A stretch of DNA of 64,000 nucleotides, from the NCBI GenBank assembly GCA_050011355.1, contig JBEKJG010000006.1:30640-94639 (forward strand), written 5' to 3'. The translations under genes were made by a program, and so were the position numbers. The notes beneath the pieces are model-generated. The model worked only from the letters and a program-made list of their open reading frames with translations, was not told where the DNA came from and did not search any database. Of the stretch, positions 24,985 through 36,146 are shown piece by piece. Position 1 is the stretch's first letter, and each line of letters starts with the position of its first letter. Origin of the DNA: Thermoplasmata archaeon (GTDB taxonomy: Archaea > Thermoplasmatota > Thermoplasmata > Lutacidiplasmatales > UBA184).

Positions 24985-25471
24985 TGATCACGCGCGTCGG
25001 GCAGGGCAGCTTGTGGGATGCCTTTCGCAGCGCTTCCTTGGCCGCGGCCAGGTGCGCGACGGTCGTGTAGATCGTCAGCAACTCCCCTCCGATCTCGGTT
25101 CGGACAGCGTGGCCCACCGGTTTTCCGAACGCGCGCCGCATCCCATCCGAGATACGGTCGGCCCCGGCGCCCGTGGCCATCTTGTGCTCCCGGAGGATCT
25201 GGTGGGGGTAGCGTCGGATCTTGAGGTGGTATTCGTTGAGAGCGGCCTTCTCCATGACCCGAACCGCACTGATGCGCGCGGCTTCCAGCGCCACGTCCCG
25301 AACCTGGGCGGCCTCCTCCACGCCGAGCGAAAGCTCGAGCGCGAACTGGGTGCGCAAATCCCCGGTGTCGAACTGGGTCACCCGGAGGGCGGGAACCCCT
25401 CCCATGTACTCGCGGCGGGTGTAGATCTGCCCCTCGACCTTGCGGTACATTCGGGCCGGCTTCCGTGTCAT
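24965..25471 (-). CDS. rpl10e: 50S ribosomal protein L10e (uL16)
   Basis: MTRKPARMYRKVEGQIYTRREYMGGVP...LKIRRYPHQILREHKMATGAGADRISDGMRRAFGKPVG. Confidence 0.9.
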   Translation of the reverse strand: MTRKPARMYRKVEGQIYTRREYMGGVPALRVTQFDTGDLRTQFALELSLGVEEAAQVRDVALEAARISAVRVMEKAALNEYHLKIRRYPHQILREHKMATGAGADRISDGMRRAFGKPVGHAVRTEIGGELLTIYTTVAHLAAAKEALRKASHKLPCPTRVIITEHAS

Positions 25472-25534
25472 GGGAGTGGGCCTGACGGCCGTCCCGTTAA
25501 AATGGTTACGCAGCGCTCGGCGAGTCGCCCTCGG

Positions 25535-26464
25535 CTAGCCGGAGCCCCGACGCCGCACCGCCCCCTGCCGGGCGGTCGACAATTCGAGCGCAAGGACGTC
25601 CCGGCGCGCCAGGTCCCGGACGATCCGTCGGCGTGCATCTTGCGAGCGCGGAACGGCAAAGAAGCTCCGTCCGAACATCGCCTGCGCCGCCCACCCCCCC
25701 GCGGACCGGACGGAGCGAAGGGTCCGCTCGAGAGCGGGCGTCGTGAGGTGAAGGCGGTCGGTGAACCGCTCGCTGGCGTCAAGGAACTCTTCGGCGCCGG
25801 GGACCCTCCTCGTCCCCCACGCGGCCTCGAAGGCGGTGCCGATCTCTCCGAGGGTCTTCCGGTTCCGGAGGATCCGGGGAGAAGGGAGCGGCCCCCCAAC
25901 GACACCGAGGATCAGCGACCGACGGAACGGCCGGTGGAAGATCCGTCCGAACGGCGGCACGCCGGCCCGAGCTCGAAACTCGAGGCCACCACCCAGGATA
26001 GCGGCCACACCACCGAGGCCCCCTCGGCCGAACAGCTCGGCCAGATGGGCGACTTCGACCGCCTTCGCTCGCGAGCTCCCGGAAAGGGCAGCGACGGCGA
26101 GCGCCGTCGAGAGCGCACCCGCGGCGCTCATTCCGAACCCCTGCCCCACCGGCAGCTGGTGCGCCAGGTGGACCGAGAGGTGGCCCGGGCCGGCCGGGGC
26201 GAGGCGACGCGCCACCTCTTCCGAGATCGGGAGCGGACCGTCGATGTCGGCAACGACCGAAACTCGTCGCACGGTGGCGGGCTGCCACTCGGCATGAGCG
26301 ACCACCCCGAGCTCGAGCACGAGGCCCGCCCCCGTCGAGCCCCGGGCCCTCGGGTCCCGCGCGTCGAGGTCGGGGGAGAAGAATCCCGTGACGTGGCCCG
26401 GAGCGAAGGCGGTCGAGCGGAGTGTCCGCTTCGCGCGTCTCGGACGCGACACCGCATGTTCCAA
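25535..26464 (-). CDS. Pantoate kinase (archaeal CoA pathway, GHMP family, COG1829)
   Basis: AFAPGHVTGFF, GHMP motif GQGFGMSAAGALSTALA, and AHLAELFGRGGLGGVAAILGGGLEFR, which closely parallels Thermococcus pantoate kinase (AHEAEVKHKGGLGDVIGQLAGGIEVR, recalled from memory). Confidence 0.75.
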   Translation of the reverse strand: MEHAVSRPRRAKRTLRSTAFAPGHVTGFFSPDLDARDPRARGSTGAGLVLELGVVAHAEWQPATVRRVSVVADIDGPLPISEEVARRLAPAGPGHLSVHLAHQLPVGQGFGMSAAGALSTALAVAALSGSSRAKAVEVAHLAELFGRGGLGGVAAILGGGLEFRARAGVPPFGRIFHRPFRRSLILGVVGGPLPSPRILRNRKTLGEIGTAFEAAWGTRRVPGAEEFLDASERFTDRLHLTTPALERTLRSVRSAGGWAAQAMFGRSFFAVPRSQDARRRIVRDLARRDVLALELSTARQGAVRRRGSG

Positions 26465-26474
26465 GATGGACTAC

Positions 26475-26480
26475 TTATAA
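26475..26480 (+). promoter_or_regulatory. TATA box (TTATAA) in the divergent spacer, ~35 nt upstream of the PAN start
   Basis: Palindromic TTATAA in the 48-nt spacer between divergent genes. Confidence 0.4.
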
Positions 26481-26512
26481 GGCGCCACGCTTATTGAATC
26501 TCGGGATTCGAT

Positions 26513-27742
26513 GTGGCCAAGCCGGACCGGGTGAACATGAGCGAGCCGGAGACACCTGCAGTTCCGCACGAAGCCTTCGACCGGGTCAATTTCCTCGAAC
26601 TCCGCAACACCCAGCTCGCGGAGGCGATCAAGCGCGTCGAAAGCGAGCGGCACTACATGGAGGCCGAGATCCTCCGTCTGCAGCGCGAGGTCAAGCGCCT
26701 CAAGACCGAGCTGGACCGCCTGCGGTACCCTCCCCTCATCGTCGGAAGCGTCCGGGACGTGCTGACGGACGGTCGGGTCATCGTCAAGTCCTCCACCGGA
26801 CCGGACTTCGTCGTCAACTCCGCGGAGACCGTGGAGCACGGCAAGGTCACGGTCGGTTCTCGGGTCGCACTCAACAAGCAGACCCTCGCGGTCATGGGGG
26901 TCCTCCCTGCCTCGCTGGACCCGTTGGTCACCGCGAGCGAGATCGTCGACAAGCCCAGCGTGACCTACGCGGACATCGGGGGTCTCGGCGAGCAGATCCG
27001 CGAGATCCGGGAAGCGGTCGAGTACCCGCTCCTCCGCTCCGAGCTCTACAAGAAGGTCGGAGTCGACCCGCCGAAGGGGGTCCTCCTGATCGGTTCGCCC
27101 GGCACGGGCAAGACGATGATCGCGAAGGCGGTGGCCCACCACACCAACGCGACGTTCGTTCGCCTGGTCGGCAGCGAGCTCGTCCAGAAGTACATCGGCG
27201 AGGGGGCCCGCCTGGTCCGCGAGCTGTTCCAGCTGGCCCGGGAGAAGGCCCCGACCATCATCTTCATCGACGAGCTCGACTCCATCGGGGCGAAGCGCCT
27301 CGAGGTGGCCACCAGCGGGGACCGGGAGGTCCAGCGCACCCTCATGCAGCTCCTCGCCGAGATGGACGGTTTCGAGCCTCTGGCCAACGTGAAGATCATC
27401 GCGGCGACGAACCGCCCCGACATCCTGGACGACGCGCTCCTCCGGCCCGGGCGCTTCGACCGGATCATCGAGGTTCCCGTTCCGACCTACCAGGGGCGCG
27501 CCGAGATCTTCAAGATCCACTCCCGCGGCATGGCGATCCGCGACACGATCGACTTCGAGCTGCTCGCGAGCCGCTGCGAGGGCGCCACCGGGGCCGACAT
27601 CCGCGCCATCTGCACCGAGGCGGGGATGTGGGCGATCCGCGAGGAGCGCGAGACCGTGACCCTGGCCGACTTCGACCGCGCGGTCGAGAAGGTCATCGGC
27701 GAGGAAGAGCTCCGCAAGGAGTCCGTCACGATGTTCGCCTAG
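26513..27742 (+). CDS. pan: Proteasome-activating nucleotidase (PAN)
   Basis: N-terminal coiled coil, OB region, AAA+ Walker A GSPGTGKTMIAKAVA, Walker B IIFIDELD, and a hydrophobic-Tyr-X-like C-terminus (MFA). Confidence 0.9.
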   Translation: MAKPDRVNMSEPETPAVPHEAFDRVNFLELRNTQLAEAIKRVESERHYMEAEILRLQREVKRLKTELDRLRYPPLIVGSVRDVLTDGRVIVKSSTGPDFVVNSAETVEHGKVTVGSRVALNKQTLAVMGVLPASLDPLVTASEIVDKPSVTYADIGGLGEQIREIREAVEYPLLRSELYKKVGVDPPKGVLLIGSPGTGKTMIAKAVAHHTNATFVRLVGSELVQKYIGEGARLVRELFQLAREKAPTIIFIDELDSIGAKRLEVATSGDREVQRTLMQLLAEMDGFEPLANVKIIAATNRPDILDDALLRPGRFDRIIEVPVPTYQGRAEIFKIHSRGMAIRDTIDFELLASRCEGATGADIRAICTEAGMWAIREERETVTLADFDRAVEKVIGEEELRKESVTMFA

Positions 27743-27759
27743 GCGGGGACGCACCCCTC

Positions 27760-28704
27760 CTACGCGACGCCCGTCACCTTCGTTCGGCCCAGCACCCGTG
27801 GCCCGACGGGCACGTCGAGGTCGATGAGGACGGCGTGCTCGTTCGGCCCGAAGGCCACCGGCCGGTCCGGGGCGAGCAGGCCTCCGTCGGCCCCCATCTC
27901 CTCGAGGACGACCGGCACCACCTGCAGTCCGATCGCCAGGTGGAGGTGGGCACCGACCGAGGCGTCTCCCCGGTAGTATCGGCACCTCTCGAGCGGGCCG
28001 GACCGGAGGCGGGTTCCGACGAGGAGCGACCCCTCGGGCGCGAGGATTTGGCCCCGGGAGATCTCGTCCGCCTCGACGCCCTTCAGCGCGGCCCCGACGC
28101 GTTCCCCGCAGCCGGCCTCCTTTCGGTCCACGTCGTGGACCTGGAGCGAGCGGACCTCGACGACCTTGGGGGTCGGCCAGAGGCGGACCCGGTCGTGGGC
28201 GTGCAGGGTCCCCTGGCGCACGACGCCGAGCGCGACAGCGCCCACCCCCTTCACCGGGAAGGCGTGGTCGAGCGGGACGCGCGCCGTGCCGGCGAGGTCG
28301 GGCGCCGACCACCCGTCGACGAGCGTGCGGAGCGCGGGGAGGTCGAGAGGGGTCCGTGGCGCGGATTCGAGCCGACCCCCCTTGAGAAGGCGGGCGGAAT
28401 CCGCCTCGCCGACCGAAGGCCCGAGGACGACCGTGGTCGGGAGGTCGAAGATCTCGAGGGTCGCGATCGTCTCGGCCAGGGCCCGGTTCAGTTCCTGAAC
28501 GACCAGGAGGGCGTGGTCGGCCATGCCGAGGGCCGTCACGAGCGGCGGGAGCCGTTCGGGGAATTGCGTCGGCTCGACGAGGGTGACCGCGTGGCCGTCG
28601 CGGACGCTGTTGAACAGGGTGACATCGGAGGAGGTGCCCTTCTTGCCGAGCTCGCCGGCGATCGCTCCCGTCCCGACGACCGCGACCGTCACCGAGCCCG
28701 GCAT
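27760..28704 (-). CDS. EF-Tu/EF-1alpha-like paralog with a degenerate G domain (EF-Tu domain 2 present)
   Basis: Start ATG 28704 (MPGSVTVAVVGTGAIAGELGKKGT, no GxxxxGK[ST] P-loop). Domain-2 beta-barrel VPLDHAFPVKGVGAVALGVVRQGTLHAHDRVRLWP...GERVGAALKGVEADEISRGQILA. Begins 5 nt after the clpB stop. Confidence 0.65.
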   Translation of the reverse strand: MPGSVTVAVVGTGAIAGELGKKGTSSDVTLFNSVRDGHAVTLVEPTQFPERLPPLVTALGMADHALLVVQELNRALAETIATLEIFDLPTTVVLGPSVGEADSARLLKGGRLESAPRTPLDLPALRTLVDGWSAPDLAGTARVPLDHAFPVKGVGAVALGVVRQGTLHAHDRVRLWPTPKVVEVRSLQVHDVDRKEAGCGERVGAALKGVEADEISRGQILAPEGSLLVGTRLRSGPLERCRYYRGDASVGAHLHLAIGLQVVPVVLEEMGADGGLLAPDRPVAFGPNEHAVLIDLDVPVGPRVLGRTKVTGVA

Positions 28705-28709
28705 CGAAC

Positions 28710-31310
<2,601 letters not shown>

Positions 31311-31365
31311 GGGCGGCTGCCACCGGCCCGAGGCGATTTAAGGCCACCACTCGTCCCTCGGATCC

Positions 31366-32286
31366 GTGGCGGATCTCGGCGTCCGGATCGCAGGTCTGAA
31401 CCTCCGGAGCCCCTTCCTACTCGCCTCGGGCATCTGGGGGGAGAGCGGGGAGTCGTTGGCCGGCGCCTGGAGGGCGGGCGCGGGAGGCGTCATCACAAAG
31501 TCGATCGGCGAGGGCCCCCGACCGGGGTATCCGAACCCCACCATCGAGGTCTACGACCAGTGGGGCCTGCTGAACGCGATGGGGCTCCCCAACCCCGGGA
31601 TCGACGAGTATCCCCGAGAGATCGAGATCGCCCGACGCGCTGGGGCGACCGTGATCGGCTCGGTCTTTGCGGGCGATGCCGCGGAGTTCGCCCGCCTCTC
31701 CGAGCGGATCGAAGCGACCGGGGTCCTCGCGATCGAATTGAACCTGAGCTGTCCCCACGCCGAGGGGTTCGGGACGGAGGTCGGCTCGTTGCCGGCCGAT
31801 GTCGAGCGGATCGTGCGCGCCGTTGTCGAGCGGGTCCACGTCCCCGTGATCGCCAAGATCACCCCGAACACGTCCGATGCCGCGGCACTTGCCCTTGCGG
31901 CCGAGAAGGCCGGGGCGGCCGCGATCAGCGCGATCAACACCGTCCGCGGGATGGCGATCGACGTGACGCTACGTCGTCCCGTCCTCGCCCACGGGCTCGG
32001 CGGCCTCAGTGGAGCGGCGATCAAGCCCGTCGGGCTCGCGTGCGTCTGGCAGATCTACCGCCGAGTGAAGATCCCGGTGATCGGCGTGGGCGGTATCCGT
32101 ACCGGCACTGACGCGCTCGAGTACGTGATGGCGGGGGCGCGCGCGGTCGAGGTAGGGACCGCGATCACGTTCGACGGGGTCGCCGCCTTTGGCCGGCTGA
32201 ACCGAGAGCTGTCGGAGCGTTTGGACGCGCTCGGATACTCACGACTGGAGGACGCGGTCGGAGCCGCGCAGCCCCCCGCGGCGTGA
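31366..32286 (+). CDS. pyrD: Dihydroorotate dehydrogenase, catalytic subunit (class 1B)
   Basis: LRSPFLLASGIWG, ITKSI...GYPNP, NAMGLPNPG, IELNLSCPH, VIAKITPN, SAINT, GGLSGAAIKP, GVGGI. Confidence 0.9.
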   Translation: MADLGVRIAGLNLRSPFLLASGIWGESGESLAGAWRAGAGGVITKSIGEGPRPGYPNPTIEVYDQWGLLNAMGLPNPGIDEYPREIEIARRAGATVIGSVFAGDAAEFARLSERIEATGVLAIELNLSCPHAEGFGTEVGSLPADVERIVRAVVERVHVPVIAKITPNTSDAAALALAAEKAGAAAISAINTVRGMAIDVTLRRPVLAHGLGGLSGAAIKPVGLACVWQIYRRVKIPVIGVGGIRTGTDALEYVMAGARAVEVGTAITFDGVAAFGRLNRELSERLDALGYSRLEDAVGAAQPPAA

Positions 32287-32329
32287 GCTTCGGGGGCGCC
32301 GCTATATCTCGGGGACCGTAGCGGCCGGC

Positions 32330-33124
32330 GTGCGCACGGTGGTCCGGGTCACCGAGACGGTCGTGGAAACTCCGTCGACCGCCACGCTCCGTTTCCCCTA
32401 CGCGCCGGTCGCCGACCCCGGACAGTTCGTCATGGTATGGTTGCCGGGGGACGACGAGCTTCCGATGTCGCTCTCCTACACGGACGGCCCCTCCAAGGGC
32501 GTGACGATCAAGGCGATGGGAGATTCGAGCCGCCGGGTGCTGGCACTGCGGCCGGGGGCCGCGATCGGCATTCGCGGGCCCTACGGGAACCGCTTCGACC
32601 TCTCCCCTCGGCGGGTGCTGGTGGTGGGCGGCGGTTCGGGCACCGCCGTGCTCGCCCCGGCGGTCGAGCGTGCGCTCGCCCGAGGGTCCTCGGTAACGGT
32701 CGCCCTCGGAGCCACCCGCGCGGCCGAGCTCCTCTTCCGCGACCGACTCCGGGCCGCCGGCGCGACGGTCGAGGTCGCGACCGATGACGGGTCGGAAGGG
32801 ACGCGCGGTTTCGTGACAGGGGTCGCCTCCACCCTACTCGGGTCGCAGGCGTTCGACGCGGTCTGGACCTGCGGACCGGAAGTGATGATGAGCAAGGTGG
32901 CCGCCGCCGCGCGACCTTCGGGCGTCCCGGTGTTCTGCTCGGTCGAACGGCACATGAAATGCGCCCTCGGAATGTGCGACGCCTGCGCGCTCGGGCCGTA
33001 CCACGTCTGTGTCGACGGACCCGTGTTCCCCGCCGCACGGCTCGAGGCGACCGAGGACTTCTCCCGCTTCCACCGGGACCCGTCCGGTCGCCGCGTCCCC
33101 TTCGGCCCTCCGACCCCGGCGTGA
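32330..33124 (+). CDS. pyrK: Dihydroorotate dehydrogenase electron-transfer subunit
   Basis: FAD/NAD-binding fold (GQFVMVWLPG, VVGGGSGTAVL) and a C-terminal 2Fe-2S motif CALGMCDACALGPYHVC. Confidence 0.85.
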   Translation: MRTVVRVTETVVETPSTATLRFPYAPVADPGQFVMVWLPGDDELPMSLSYTDGPSKGVTIKAMGDSSRRVLALRPGAAIGIRGPYGNRFDLSPRRVLVVGGGSGTAVLAPAVERALARGSSVTVALGATRAAELLFRDRLRAAGATVEVATDDGSEGTRGFVTGVASTLLGSQAFDAVWTCGPEVMMSKVAAAARPSGVPVFCSVERHMKCALGMCDACALGPYHVCVDGPVFPAARLEATEDFSRFHRDPSGRRVPFGPPTPA

Positions 33125-33178
33125 GCCGGAAATCCGGCGCCACCCGCGCGCCGGTGTCGCAACCCTCCCGGAGCCTTT

Positions 33179-34849
33179 ATGCGAAAGGCTCCCTACGAGT
33201 CCGCGGGTGTATCGGTGAAAGTCATCGTGGTGAGCGGTGGCGTGATTTCCGGCCTCGGCAAGGGCATCACCACCTCCTCGCTCGGGCGACTCCTCAAGGC
33301 GCGGGGCATCCCCGTCACCATCCTCAAGATCGACCCGTACCTCAACGTCGACGCGGGCACGATGAACCCGTACCAGCACGGGGAAGTGTTCGTGCTGGAC
33401 GACGGCACCGAGGCCGACCTGGACCTCGGGAACTACGAGCGGTTCCTCGGCCAGAGCGTCTCCGGAACGCACAACCTCACCACGGGCAAGATCTACCGCA
33501 CCGTCATCGAGAAGGAACGCCGCGGGGACTACCTCGGGAACACCGTCCAGATCATCCCCCACGTCACGGGCGAGATCAAGCGGATGATCCGCGACGTCGC
33601 CCAGGCGGCCGGGGCCGAGGTGATCCTGGTCGAGGTCGGCGGGACGGTCGGCGACATCGAGTCGATGCCGTTCCTAGAGGCCCTCCGGGAACTTTCCTAC
33701 GAGCTCGGGGAGGGGCACATGGCCTTCGTCCACACCACCCTCGTGCCGGTCGTCGGTCCGGTGGGCGAGGCGAAGACGAAGCCGACCCAGCACTCGGTCC
33801 GGGAACTCCGCGCCATCGGGATCCGGCCCAACCTCATCGTCGCGCGCGGTCCCGCCCCCCTCACCCCCGAGATCAAGGCGAAGATCTCCCTGTTCTGCGA
33901 TGTGCCTCCCGAGGCCGTCATCTCCGTCCCCGACCAGCGCGTGATCTACGAGGTCCCGCTCGTCCTCGAGGCGCAGGGCGTCGGCCAGCTCCTCTCCCGC
34001 ATCCTGGGCCTGCCCGACCGGGTCCCCGATTACACCTCCTGGAAGGAGTTCCTCGCCACCTACCGGAGGAACGAGGGCTCGCTCGACATCGCCGTCGTCG
34101 GCAAGTACACCGAGCTGCGCGACGCCTACCTCTCCCACACGGAGGCGTTCAACCACGTCCAGGGTCACCTCGGCCGCGAGATCCGCCTTCACTGGTACGA
34201 CGCCGAGGACATCCCCACGAACCCGGGGCTGCTCGGCCGCGTCGAACGGTCGGACGCCCTGCTCGTCCCCGGCGGCTTCGGCGCCCGTGGGGTCGAGGGA
34301 AAGGTCCAGGCGATCGAGGTGGCGCGCCAGCACGGCATCCCGTTCCTCGGCGTCTGCTACGGGTTCCAGATGGCGGCCGTCGAGCGGATCCGGAGCGATT
34401 CCCACCTGCCGCGGGCGAACACCACCGAGGTCGACCCTACCACCCCCGACCCGGTCGTCTGCCTGCTCGAAGGGCAGGCGGGCCTCGGGGAGCTCGGCGG
34501 CACGATGCGCCTCGGCTCGCAACGCGTGCTCCTGACGGCGGGCTCCCGCATCGCCGAGATCTACGGGCGAACCGAGATCTGGGAGCGGCACCGCCACCGG
34601 TACGAGATCAACCCCGCGTACTTCGAGCGTCTCGAGGCCGCCGGTCTCCGGATCACGGGGCGCTCGGTCGACGGCCGCGTCGAGGTCCTCGAGTCGACCG
34701 ACCGACCGTTCTTCCTCGGGGTCCAGTATCATCCCGAGTTCCTCTCCCGTCCCGAGGCTCCCCACCCGCTCTACCTCGAGCTCGTGCGGGCGGCCATCGC
34801 CCGCAAGGAGGTCCCGAACCCTGTCGGCCCCTCGACGGCTGTCGCGTGA
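33179..34849 (+). CDS. pyrG: CTP synthase
   Basis: VIVVSGGVISGLGKGITTSSLG, and glutamine amidotransferase domain GVCYGFQ...HRHRYE. The likely true start is GTG 33215 (VKVIVVSGG), given TTTATG at 33176..33181 and the usual N-terminus of the family. Confidence 0.9.
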   Translation: MRKAPYESAGVSVKVIVVSGGVISGLGKGITTSSLGRLLKARGIPVTILKIDPYLNVDAGTMNPYQHGEVFVLDDGTEADLDLGNYERFLGQSVSGTHNLTTGKIYRTVIEKERRGDYLGNTVQIIPHVTGEIKRMIRDVAQAAGAEVILVEVGGTVGDIESMPFLEALRELSYELGEGHMAFVHTTLVPVVGPVGEAKTKPTQHSVRELRAIGIRPNLIVARGPAPLTPEIKAKISLFCDVPPEAVISVPDQRVIYEVPLVLEAQGVGQLLSRILGLPDRVPDYTSWKEFLATYRRNEGSLDIAVVGKYTELRDAYLSHTEAFNHVQGHLGREIRLHWYDAEDIPTNPGLLGRVERSDALLVPGGFGARGVEGKVQAIEVARQHGIPFLGVCYGFQMAAVERIRSDSHLPRANTTEVDPTTPDPVVCLLEGQAGLGELGGTMRLGSQRVLLTAGSRIAEIYGRTEIWERHRHRYEINPAYFERLEAAGLRITGRSVDGRVEVLESTDRPFFLGVQYHPEFLSRPEAPHPLYLELVRAAIARKEVPNPVGPSTAVA

Positions 34850-36131
34850 GCTCGCCACCCGGAACGGCGAGGCCGTCCGGGTCGCGGGCCATCTGGAGGA
34901 CTATCGGGCCCTCGGTGGGGTCGCCTTCGCGCTCGTCCGCGACCGGTCCGGCACGACCCAGGTCACGCTGAAGAAGGGGGTCGCCGACCCCGCCCTGTTC
35001 GCGCGGTTCGCCGAGCTCCCGCGGGAATCGGTGGTCGCCGTCGAGGGGACCGTACAGCTCTCGCAGAAGGCGAACCGGGGCGTAGAGCTCCTCCCCACCG
35101 GTGTGGAGGTGATCTCGCGCTCGGAGGTTCCGCTCCCTCTCGGGGTCGTCGACAAGGTCGGGGCCGACCTCGACACGCGCCTCGACCACCGGGTGATCGA
35201 CCTCCGGAAACCGGCCGTTCGGGCGGTCTTCGAGCTCCGCGCCTCCGTGCTGGCCGGATTCCGACGGGCGTTCGTCGGGCACGGGTTCCTCGAGGTCGAG
35301 ACCCCGAAACTGCTTCGCCAGGGTGCCGAGGGCGGTGCGACCCTCTTCCCGGTCGAGTACTTCGACCAGCAGGCCTACCTCGCCCAGAGCCCGCAGCTGT
35401 ACAAGCAGATGCTGATGGGCGCCGGCTTTGAGCGGGTCTTCGAGATCGCGCCCGCCTTCCGGGCGGAGCCGTCGGACACGGTCCGCCATATCACCGAGTT
35501 CACCAGCCTCGACGCGGAGATGGCGTACATCGAGGGGGCGGAAGAGGTGCGCGCCATGCTGGAAACGCTCGTCCGCGAGATGCTCACGAGCGTGAAGAAC
35601 GACCTCACCGAGTGGGGGAACCCCCTCGCGTCCCGGATCCCGGAGCTCGACCGACCGTTCCCACGCATCCCGTTCGAGACCTGCGAGGAGTGGCTGGGGC
35701 GGCCGGGGGCCGAGCAGGACTTCGGTACCGAGGACGAGAAGGCGATCGGCGTGCGCGCCGAGGCGGAGTTCGGCTCGCCGCTCTACTTCCTCATCGACTA
35801 TCCGACCGCGGTCAAGGAACGGACCTTCTACGCGCGGCGGGACGAGCTCCTCCCTCGGAAGACCGGCTACTTCGACCTCGGGTTCCACGGCCTCGAGATC
35901 GCGAGCGGAGGCCCCCGCGAGCACCGGATCGACCGGCTGGAGGCGAACATGCACGCCGGTGGCTTCGACCCCCGGAAATTCTCCGGTTACCTCGAAGCGT
36001 TCCGGTTCGGGATGCCGCCGCACGGCGGATGGGGCCTCGGCATCGACCGCGTGGTGTGGATGCTGGCAGGGCTCTCCAATATACGGGAGGCCCGCCTCTT
36101 CCCCCGCGACCGCTACCGCCTGGACCCGTAA
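34821..36131 (+). CDS. aspS: Aspartyl-tRNA synthetase, archaeal type
   Basis: Class II motifs (FRAEPSDTVRHITEFTSLDAE, GLEIASGGPREH, PPHGGWGLGIDR). The OB-fold N-terminus (GEAVRVAGHLEDYRALGGVAFALVRDRSGTTQVTL) lies upstream of the first in-frame ATG/GTG/TTG at 35031. The start is provisionally placed at CTG 34821, 8 nt after GGAGGT. Start uncertain. Confidence 0.8.
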   Translation: MSAPRRLSRELATRNGEAVRVAGHLEDYRALGGVAFALVRDRSGTTQVTLKKGVADPALFARFAELPRESVVAVEGTVQLSQKANRGVELLPTGVEVISRSEVPLPLGVVDKVGADLDTRLDHRVIDLRKPAVRAVFELRASVLAGFRRAFVGHGFLEVETPKLLRQGAEGGATLFPVEYFDQQAYLAQSPQLYKQMLMGAGFERVFEIAPAFRAEPSDTVRHITEFTSLDAEMAYIEGAEEVRAMLETLVREMLTSVKNDLTEWGNPLASRIPELDRPFPRIPFETCEEWLGRPGAEQDFGTEDEKAIGVRAEAEFGSPLYFLIDYPTAVKERTFYARRDELLPRKTGYFDLGFHGLEIASGGPREHRIDRLEANMHAGGFDPRKFSGYLEAFRFGMPPHGGWGLGIDRVVWMLAGLSNIREARLFPRDRYRLDP

Positions 36132-36146
36132 CGGAGAAGCTCAATC

